Positions 20,569 through 26,730 of a stretch of DNA of 64,000 nt are shown piece after piece (the first letter of the stretch is position 1; each line of letters begins with the position of its first letter). The stretch comes from a virus. Its lineage: Duplodnaviria; Caudoviricetes. Both the position numbers and the translations under genes were made by a program. The stretch spans positions 1-64,000 of the IMG/VR virus record IMGVR_UViG_3300021400_000369; one strand, written 5' to 3'. The notes beneath the pieces were generated by a model. That model did no database searches and was not told the origin of the DNA. It saw only the letters and a list, made by a program, of their open reading frames with translations.

Positions 20569-20745
20569 TTAAAATCTATTACTATCTCCCTCAGGTACTG
20601 TGATTAAACAGAATCCAAGCACCATCATCAGGGTGCTTATGAATAATCCGGTGTAAAGGAGTGGGTTATCCCCAATGAGGAAGATTAATCCCCCGAAGAT
20701 GAGTCCAATCAGACTCATTGTCTCCGGTCTTGGGAGGAATATCAT
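20569..20745 (-). CDS. Small two-TM membrane protein (58 aa)
   Basis: MIFLPRPETMSLIGLIFGGLIFLIG...LMMVLGFCLITV...*, ATGA overlap with the upstream gene; not in the ORF track. Confidence 0.6.
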   Translation of the reverse strand: MIFLPRPETMSLIGLIFGGLIFLIGDNPLLYTGLFISTLMMVLGFCLITVPEGDSNRF

Positions 20746-20972
20746 AAGTATTCCCCCATTTCTCTGATTAATGAGTTGATCCAGCCGGTCAGTCCGGCTT
20801 TCTCAAATTCATCAATCTCAACTTCAAATCCCATGCCGGTGTAGTACGGCATGTTTCCTCTGACTTTTGCAAGCACTTTGCGTGCTTTCTCAGCTGCTTT
20901 GCTTGCGGCTCTCTGTTCAACTGCTTCTTCGATTCCATTAAATTTAATAACTGCAACTTTTCTGCTTGTCAT
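20742..20972 (-). CDS. Hypothetical protein
   Basis: Start corrected to MTSRKV, preceded by repeat A. Confidence 0.65.
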   Translation of the reverse strand: MTSRKVAVIKFNGIEEAVEQRAASKAAEKARKVLAKVRGNMPYYTGMGFEVEIDEFEKAGLTGWINSLIREMGEYL

Positions 20973-21041
20973 TATCTCTACCTTTTTTTGTTTTTTTGTT
21001 GAGGCTTTTAACGACATCCTCCAGGTCGAATAGTTCATCAG

Positions 21042-21254
21042 TCAATATTCAATTTTAAGTCTTATGAAGTTTTCAAAACGGGTGAAGTATATTTTCTTTA
21101 TTTCTTCAACTTTACTCACTTCTTCCATCAACTTACATATTGCTTTAGATTCTCCTCGGATTTCAATTCCGTGGGAGAATCCATCATAATAATAACCTTT
21201 AATACAAAGGTCATTATCTGAACATATTTTTTTAATTTTTTCTTCGGTATTCAA
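21042..21254 (-). CDS. Small hypothetical protein
   Basis: TTG start after GGTGAT. Confidence 0.6.
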   Translation of the reverse strand: MNTEEKIKKICSDNDLCIKGYYYDGFSHGIEIRGESKAICKLMEEVSKVEEIKKIYFTRFENFIRLKIEY

Positions 21255-21262
21255 AGTATCAC

Positions 21263-21499
21263 CTATCCAAGAGACTCATATATCAATTCTTTGATTAGAT
21301 CGTCAAGAGTCATTTCTGATTCAAATGATTCCTTGAATCCTTTAAGGATTCTTTCCGGGGTACAGGCTTCTATCAAGCCATCACATTTAACCCCGGTGAT
21401 TTTGGAGTTCGCAATGATGCTGTCTCTAGCATCATCACATTTCTTCTTTAACTCTAGATATTCATCAGTAGTTAAAATTATTTCAATCTTCACTTTCAT
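21263..21499 (-). CDS. Small hypothetical protein
   Basis: 78 aa, RBS GGAGG. Confidence 0.6.
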   Translation of the reverse strand: MKVKIEIILTTDEYLELKKKCDDARDSIIANSKITGVKCDGLIEACTPERILKGFKESFESEMTLDDLIKELIYESLG

Positions 21500-21695
21500 T
21501 TTTTATTTCCTCCATTTCTTTGAGGAACTCTGGGGAGAGTTCTAAGTAACTCTCCATTTGGTTCAAAAATTCATCGAATAAATCCCATGCTTTGGCTTTG
21601 TCATTTTCTATTTCGTCAAGTTTATCTTGACAAGCGAAAATTTCATCCATACTGACACATACATGTTGTTTGTCATCTATCCATTTTTGTTCCAT
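21483..21695 (-). CDS. Small acidic hypothetical protein
   Basis: 70 aa, RBS GGTG, preceded by a family D element. Confidence 0.6.
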   Translation of the reverse strand: MEQKWIDDKQHVCVSMDEIFACQDKLDEIENDKAKAWDLFDEFLNQMESYLELSPEFLKEMEEIKNESED

Positions 21696-21883
21696 ATTTT
21701 ACACCTTTTTATAATCATGCTTCATCAGGCACGTTTCATGCCGAATCATCAGCGGAAAAAATTCAACAATCTTTTTACATACGAATGATCATGGTTCATC
21801 ATTCAAATTCACCATAACCATTCATTCGCCCAAACCCACACCACACACCATTTTTTCGCGTCCTCCATTCAACCACTCACCCC

Positions 21884-21909
21884 TGATGTCACAATTTTTT
21901 GTGACATCA
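21884..21909. promoter_or_regulatory. Perfect 11-bp inverted repeat
   Basis: TGATGTCACAA-TTTT-TTGTGACATCA. Confidence 0.4.
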
Positions 21910-21934
21910 AGGGAACATTTTGATAATCAATCTA

Positions 21935-22109
21935 CTACATATTATCACCATTTAATTTTGTTTTATATTTTTGATAAGGGAGAATATCAACTCCCAAGTT
22001 CGACAGTCTCATTCTTCCACAACCATTGTTTATCCTACATATTATCACCATTTAATTTTGTTTTATATTTTTGATAAGGGAGAATATCAACTCCCAAGTT
22101 CGACAGTCT
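21935..22109 (-). repeat. 75-bp identical direct repeat at 100-bp period (family B element + RBS + ATG-TAG)
   Basis: 21935-22009 equals 22035-22109. Confidence 0.9.
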
Positions 22110-23386
22110 TACTCTTTCGCAACTATTGTTTCAGCTAACATCTCTACTTCCCATCTTTTCCAAATGGTTGCAGCAAGTGTATCACCTATACGTTTGTAGA
22201 CAGGATTGCCACTTCGTGACATCCTGTTAAATTCTACAAAGATAGTGATGTATTCACATTCACCACCATCTTGAGTTGATGATTTTATTACCCCATTTTT
22301 GAGGATGACAATTTCATCCTCTTGTGGGTCATAATGATCCGCTTTCAATGTTTTTATGGAGGAGAAATATTCTCTTTCCATATTCTTCCATTTTTTCAAG
22401 GTGTTATAAACAACACCAAGATACTCACTATCGTACCATGCTCCGTATCTGTAATCCCAGACATTGAAGCAGCCTTGACCATTTCCGCCGTGGCAGATTG
22501 AGGTAATTAAATGTTGATTGTATGATTGCTCTCCATATATATCGACATAGTCGATTTCCAAGTATCTACTTTCATGTGACCCATATGATGATGGGTCATG
22601 GTATCCCCCGATATATATTCTTTTCACATTCATTTTATTCAGAAATATTGGATGGAATGAATCCTCCAATATTTCTATTTCATATGCGATCATTGATCGC
22701 ACATTTTCTATTAGGGATGTATCAATGCCTAATTTTTTATTTTCAGTCACCCATTCTTTCATATCTGAATGGATTTGTGAAACCCATTCATATACTTTGT
22801 TGATTTCTTCACTGGATATCTCTCCAACGAAGAAACCTAAGTATTCTTCGTTTACCGCGAAGCATCCTGCTCCATACCCACCATGTGTATGGTAGGTATG
22901 GAAGCCGTCTGCTTCCAATTTTGCTACATCATGTGAATACTCTGAAGAGGTTTCCTCTTCATTTAACACAATGCTTGGGTATTCTCCAAAGTATCCACTA
23001 TTTTCGATTTCTTTTGTCATCTCTTTTATTTCTTGCCATTTTACATTAGCAAGATTCATAATTTCATCATCGAAAGCGTCGAATTTGAATTCAATTCGAT
23101 TGTTCCAATTGTTCCAGCTAAGATGGAACAGAACGTTCTTTAATTTCATGTTATCACAAGGTTTGTTGTATTCACGAGGGTCTTCTTCATATCCGTGGGT
23201 ACGGTTTAATTGTGCCCACATATGGTTCCATGTAAAATCCAACTCTTCTTGTACTTCCGCAGGAATATATTTCACTATTAAACTTCTTGGGTCTACACCC
23301 AGAACGTATTTTTCACCTTTTATTTCAATAGGTACTTCCATAACGTTGTTATCATAAACAACACCAAATTTTCCTTTAAATATCAT
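22109..23386 (-). CDS. Hypothetical protein
   Basis: 425 aa; start corrected to MIFKGKF downstream of a family C element. Confidence 0.75.
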   Translation of the reverse strand: MIFKGKFGVVYDNNVMEVPIEIKGEKYVLGVDPRSLIVKYIPAEVQEELDFTWNHMWAQLNRTHGYEEDPREYNKPCDNMKLKNVLFHLSWNNWNNRIEFKFDAFDDEIMNLANVKWQEIKEMTKEIENSGYFGEYPSIVLNEEETSSEYSHDVAKLEADGFHTYHTHGGYGAGCFAVNEEYLGFFVGEISSEEINKVYEWVSQIHSDMKEWVTENKKLGIDTSLIENVRSMIAYEIEILEDSFHPIFLNKMNVKRIYIGGYHDPSSYGSHESRYLEIDYVDIYGEQSYNQHLITSICHGGNGQGCFNVWDYRYGAWYDSEYLGVVYNTLKKWKNMEREYFSSIKTLKADHYDPQEDEIVILKNGVIKSSTQDGGECEYITIFVEFNRMSRSGNPVYKRIGDTLAATIWKRWEVEMLAETIVAKE

Positions 23387-23466
23387 TTTTATCACCATTG
23401 TTATCATTGGATTTTTAAGACTCACCATGTCAAATCCTTGTTTTAATGGACATTATATGCAATAAA

Positions 23467-23511
23467 ACCCATCTGATGGAATCGAACCACCATTATTAAC
23501 CATTGACGGGT
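23467..23511 (-). ncRNA. tRNA-like module without anticodon arm (variant 1)
   Basis: ACCCGUC-AAUGGUUAAUAA-UGGUGG-UUCGAUU-CCAUCA-GAUGGGU. Confidence 0.6.
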
Positions 23512-23580
23512 AATTGGAGAGGGAGTCTTTCGACTCCCCTTAGATTGATGTGCTAGGGGGGTTTGCTGAGACCCCCTAAA

Positions 23581-23681
23581 GCCTGTATCATGGAATCGAA
23601 CCATGACGGATCACCAGAACAGGCAGCTACAGTCTCAAGGTTTCTATTTTCGCTTGGGGAGAAACCAGGTCAAAGAACCCA
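23581..23681 (-). ncRNA. Structured RNA: GGUUUCU/AGAAACC hairpin + 44-nt tRNA-like module
   Basis: Module 23581-23624 GCCUGU-UCUGGUGAUCC-GUCAUGG-UUCGAUU-CCAUGAU-ACAGGC, identical in 3 copies. Confidence 0.65.
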
Positions 23682-23688
23682 TTATCCA

Positions 23689-23928
23689 TTAATATTCGTA
23701 CGCTTCTATCATCTCCCAGGTTCGGTTTTCACCGATAATTTTGAGGTCTCTAATCACTTTCTTGACACTCTCTACACTTCCTGTATTGAGCGCTTCCTTC
23801 ATCTCCTCTATAAGGAGACTGATTAATTCAATCTCCTCCAGGAAGAATTCTTCTTCTAAAGATAGAATGAAGTTTGCAGCTTCATTGCAAACCTCCTCTA
23901 CCTCTTTTATCTTTTTTGCATCTTTCAT
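23689..23928 (-). CDS. Small acidic hypothetical protein
   Basis: Start corrected to MKDAKK, preceded by a family D element. Confidence 0.65.
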   Translation of the reverse strand: MKDAKKIKEVEEVCNEAANFILSLEEEFFLEEIELISLLIEEMKEALNTGSVESVKKVIRDLKIIGENRTWEMIEAYEY

Positions 23929-23992
23929 GTTCTCACCTTTTTTAACATGCTTCATCAGGCACACCTCATGCCGAATCATAAGCACAATATAT

Positions 23993-24313
23993 TTATATTA
24001 TTTTTGTGTAGGTTGTGAAACCATATATCTCATATTCCGCCATATGATAGCGGATCCTGTCTATATTATCATTAGCCTCTTTTGACCAATAGACTCCACG
24101 AATTAAATCATGGTTTAATAACTTCAGCATTTGTCTTGCTGTTATATTCAGCAAGACAGCTAATACTGCTATATCTGCGGTATTGCAGACATTTTCTCCA
24201 ATTTTAATTGGAGACTGAGCAAGTACAACTTCTGTAACTTCTGTAACTTCTTCTTCAACTTCTTCTTCAACTTCTTCTACAATTTCTTCTAAAAGTTCAA
24301 ATTCTTTTGTCAT
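23993..24313 (-). CDS. Hypothetical protein with acidic N-terminal EEEV repeats
   Basis: 106 aa, RBS GGAGGG. Confidence 0.65.
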   Translation of the reverse strand: MTKEFELLEEIVEEVEEEVEEEVTEVTEVVLAQSPIKIGENVCNTADIAVLAVLLNITARQMLKLLNHDLIRGVYWSKEANDNIDRIRYHMAEYEIYGFTTYTKII

Positions 24314-24420
24314 TCATAATCCCTCCTTTTATTATTGCAATGCTGGACAGGGATTGTCCTTGTTTATTGGCATGCATGATTCACCAGCCTATGATAATGA
24401 CAAAACTCATAGGACTTGAT

Positions 24421-24468
24421 AACTCATTAATGGAATCGAACCATCACTAAGCCCACCAGGTATGAGTT
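24421..24468 (-). ncRNA. tRNA-like module without anticodon arm (variant 2)
   Basis: AACUCAU-ACCUGGUGGGCUUAG-UGAUGG-UUCGAUU-CCAUUA-AUGAGUU. Confidence 0.6.
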
Positions 24469-24508
24469 ACACATGAACGAACTAGTTTGGGGTTGGAGAG
24501 ACCCCAAA

Positions 24509-24610
24509 GCCTGTATCATGGAATCGAACCATGACGGATCACCAGAACAGGCGGTTAACAACTCAAGGTTTCTATTCTCGCTTGGGGAGAAACCAGGGCA
24601 AACAACCCAC
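24509..24610 (-). ncRNA. Structured RNA: hairpin + 44-nt tRNA-like module (copy 2)
   Basis: Module 24509-24552 is identical to 23581-23624. Confidence 0.65.
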
Positions 24611-24617
24611 TATTACT

Positions 24618-24758
24618 TTAAAAACCTCTACAGAAGCGTCTGCGGGCTTCCAGAGTAATTCTTAAAGATTTTTGACTTTCTTCACTCTCTTTTCTGAGAG
24701 CAAGAATTTCTTGGTTTTTTTCCCAAGTCCTTTGTTCTTTTGCGGTTCTTTTTTCCAT
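24618..24758 (-). CDS. Small hypothetical protein (46 aa)
   Basis: MEKRTAKEQRTWEKNQE...RFCRGF*, RBS GGTGAT; not in the ORF track. Confidence 0.55.
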   Translation of the reverse strand: MEKRTAKEQRTWEKNQEILALRKESEESQKSLRITLEARRRFCRGF

Positions 24759-24776
24759 TTTATCACCTTTAAATCG

Positions 24777-25223
24777 TTAATATCCGAGCATCTCAAATGT
24801 TTTGTTTTCTAGTTTTGAAAAATCATCAAAATTATCTTTTTCTGAAAATTTGATATTATCAAATATCCAGTTGATAATTTTTTCCAGGAAGTCTTGAACT
24901 TCCTTATTAAAGCTCACTACTCTGCTTACATCCATACTGTATTCTGCCCAACAAGAGCCACAAAGGCTTCCTGATGTTGCTTCTACAGCGACTACCTCAG
25001 GGTAATTATATACGTTTAGATCACATCTGACTTCTAAACTCAGTCTGTATTGAGTTCTTCTGTCATGATCAACATTATGTACCAATAATGTCTCTGGGAA
25101 TTCGTTTCTGTCGATTGCTTTTTTCACTTCATTTTCAATTTCTGGTAAGCTGAAAATATAATGAATAAAGTCATTTTCAGTTTTTATGATACTCTCTACT
25201 TGTTCTTTTGTTAGTGTTTGCAT
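24777..25223 (-). CDS. Hypothetical protein
   Basis: 148 aa, RBS GGTGAT, preceded by a family C element. Confidence 0.7.
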   Translation of the reverse strand: MQTLTKEQVESIIKTENDFIHYIFSLPEIENEVKKAIDRNEFPETLLVHNVDHDRRTQYRLSLEVRCDLNVYNYPEVVAVEATSGSLCGSCWAEYSMDVSRVVSFNKEVQDFLEKIINWIFDNIKFSEKDNFDDFSKLENKTFEMLGY

Positions 25224-25276
25224 CTTTTATCACCATTTTTTTGTTTTTTCGGATTTTTAAGACTCACTATGTCAAA

Positions 25277-25380
25277 GCCTGTATCATGGAATCGAACCAT
25301 GACGGATCACCAGAACAGGCATCTACAATCTCAAGGTTTCTTGTTCTTGCTTATAGGTGGAAACCAGGACAAAGACACCT
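25277..25380 (-). ncRNA. Structured RNA: hairpin + 44-nt tRNA-like module (copy 3)
   Basis: Module 25277-25320 is identical to the other copies; the upstream GGUUUC/GAAACC stem is kept with a different loop. Confidence 0.65.
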
Positions 25381-25392
25381 ATTTATAGGGAG

Positions 25393-25635
25393 TTAAAATT
25401 TAACTTTTCCGCAATATAATGCGGATTTATTAACTCCCTTTTTCATGCTAACATTCTGATATCTTTGAGATACCAGTTTGTTAGAGGATTTCTGATTCAT
25501 TTTTGGCTCATTCTTTCTGAACTTTTTCTCGTTCTGATATTTAAATGAACGATAGAGAAGTTCAGAAATGAGTTCTATATCTTCCATATTTGTGATGGAG
25601 GATGATATGAATCTAACCCTCTCTTTACTGATCAT
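25393..25635 (-). CDS. Small basic hypothetical protein
   Basis: Start corrected to MISKERV, preceded by a family D element. Confidence 0.6.
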   Translation of the reverse strand: MISKERVRFISSSITNMEDIELISELLYRSFKYQNEKKFRKNEPKMNQKSSNKLVSQRYQNVSMKKGVNKSALYCGKVKF

Positions 25636-25722
25636 TCTTTCACCTCTTTTATGATCATGCTTCATCAGGCACATCTCATGCCGAATCATCAGCCATTTAA
25701 CATTAGCCGACTTCTACCTGAA

Positions 25723-25806
25723 TTAGGTATTTATGAAGTCAGCTTCTTCATATCTATCTTGTTCATTCATCATTGCGATGAATTGTCTCATGAAGTCACT
25801 ATACAT
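25723..25806 (-). CDS. Putative 27-aa peptide
   Basis: MYSDFMRQFIAMMNEQDRYEEADFINT*, strong RBS GGTGATAAT after a family C element. Confidence 0.45.
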   Translation of the reverse strand: MYSDFMRQFIAMMNEQDRYEEADFINT

Positions 25807-25862
25807 ATTATCACCATAACATTATAATTGGATTTTTAAGACTCACCATGTCATTTCAACAT

Positions 25863-26192
25863 CTATTTCCATCCCTGATCTGGATAATAGAACATCATAT
25901 GAACAATCGCATCCTTTGGTATGGATGTGTCATTGACGAACAAGTGATCGCCTGCGTTGTTTATGATAACCCCATCATCATAACCGATAAATATATCTAT
26001 ACTAATACAATTATCCAGTCTAATTGAGCACATACTAGGGGTTTGTTTCCCCTTGGTGGTATAGATATGAGGGTGGGGATACCAATCCCCATCGATGTCA
26101 ACGTCAGCGTGTTTAAATCCATAGTCGTCATTGAGTGTCTGATCGATGCGTTTTGTTGCATCCATTATCTGCTGTATATAATCTGCGTCCAT
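25863..26192 (-). CDS. Hypothetical protein (first gene of the leftward array)
   Basis: 109 aa, RBS GGTGAT, preceded by a family C element. Confidence 0.7.
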   Translation of the reverse strand: MDADYIQQIMDATKRIDQTLNDDYGFKHADVDIDGDWYPHPHIYTTKGKQTPSMCSIRLDNCISIDIFIGYDDGVIINNAGDHLFVNDTSIPKDAIVHMMFYYPDQGWK

Positions 26193-26538
26193 ACTATCAC
26201 CATTAATAATATTATAATTGGATTTTTAAGACTCACCATGTCATTTCAATAATTCAAAATTTCCTTAACATTATTCCCATACGAAACAAGAATAACATCA
26301 AGGAAACACTTCCGAACCCTTCCAATCCAACCCAACCAACCACCACACCCTAAAATTACACGAGCCAGAAAAGTATCATACATTCAACAAAATTTCCCCA
26401 AAAAATCAATAAACGAAAACAAAAAAAGAACCGCAACCCAACCATAAGGGGGGTGAAAATAAGGACATCGACTTTCTCTTTCTTTCAATGAATGTGGTGT
26501 TCTCACAATTTCATCCCGTTTTTCTCATACGAAAAAAC

Positions 26539-26552
26539 GAAACATTTAAATA
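26539..26552 (+). promoter_or_regulatory. BRE-TATA promoter for the DUF2828 unit
   Basis: GAAACA-TTTAAATA about 30 nt upstream of the structured leader. Confidence 0.55.
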
Positions 26553-26579
26553 CCATAAAAAACAGAGTATGTGTGTCAA

Positions 26580-26717
26580 AAGATTCATACAGCAAAAAAA
26601 CACACTAAAATAACTGAAAGATTTTGATTGAATGAATCTTGACGACATAGCACAGAACCAAAGATGGCTACAGCAAACATTAATGAAAAAGCAGGAAACT
26701 TTTCAGAGCCATCTTGG
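26580..26717 (+). ncRNA. Two tandem stem-loops sharing an AAGAU..-UACAGCAAA motif in the leader of the Ro60-like gene
   Basis: AAGATTCA-TACAGCAAA...TGAATCTT (26580-26640) and AAGATGGC-TACAGCAAA...GCCATCTT (26661-26715); the closing stems covary. Confidence 0.6.
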
Positions 26718-26730
26718 AGGTTTCATTATT

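Larger units (their letters stand above)
9036..21028 (-). repeat. Family A intergenic H-type pseudoknot element (15 copies)
   Basis: 28-nt cores starting at 9036, 9634, 10452, 12729, 14362, 14890, 15318, 16656, 17248, 17962, 18740, 19357, 20174, 20527 and 21001; minus-strand CGAC-CUG-GAGG-AH-GUCG-NUAAAAG-CCUC, then an A-tract and an RBS; CGAC/GUCG becomes UGAC/GUCA in two copies. Confidence 0.9.
6845..22095 (-). repeat. Family B intergenic H-type pseudoknot element (6 copies)
   Basis: 31-nt cores at 6845-6875, 7706-7736, 10766-10796, 13646-13676, 21965-21995 and 22065-22095; minus-strand GGGAG-UUR-RYAUU-CUCCY-WYAUCAAA-AAURY, with stem 2 covarying (AUAUU/AAUAU, GCAUU/AAUGC, GUAUU/AAUAC). Confidence 0.85.
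21716..25693 (-). repeat. Family D bulged-hairpin element (3 copies)
   Basis: Copies at 21716-21753, 23946-23983 and 25656-25693; minus-strand AUGAUUC-GGCAU-(GAAAC/GAGGU/GAGAU)-GUGCC-UGAU-GAAGCAU; within the hairpin only the loop varies. Confidence 0.8.
1618..26242 (-). repeat. Family C intergenic element GACATRGTGAGTCTTAAAAATCC (5 copies)
   Basis: Copies at 1618-1640, 23409-23431, 25251-25273, 25830-25852 and 26220-26242; each lies just upstream of a GGTGA RBS. Confidence 0.85.

Noticed and set aside
9036-21028. Repeat family A as a CRISPR array
   Set aside because: Intervening sequences are hundreds to thousands of bp of protein-coding genes, not uniform spacers, and there are no cas genes
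21716-21753. Hammerhead ribozyme (CUGAUGA...GAAA)
   Set aside because: No stem II between the motifs, and GAAA is not conserved in the other two copies
21935-22040. TAG recoding (amber readthrough) suggested by ATG-TAG
   Set aside because: Many genuine genes end in TAG right before the next element or RBS (for example 1640, 4272, 10811, 25863)
6845-22109. Classical integron attC cassettes
   Set aside because: Some TAAC/GTT motifs follow stop codons, but there are no paired R/L boxes or long bottom-strand hairpins and no integrase in the window; covariation points to RNA pseudoknots
23581-23624. Canonical tRNA genes
   Set aside because: Only 44-48 nt, with no D-stem or anticodon arm
23563-25396. 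Plus-strand ORFs sharing KACIMESNHDGSPEQA
   Set aside because: Antisense translations of the repeated tRNA-like RNA, with no RBS
26632-26730. N-terminal 33 aa of the DUF2828 ORF in the ORF track
   Set aside because: Overlaps the structured leader; the RBS supports the ATG at 26731
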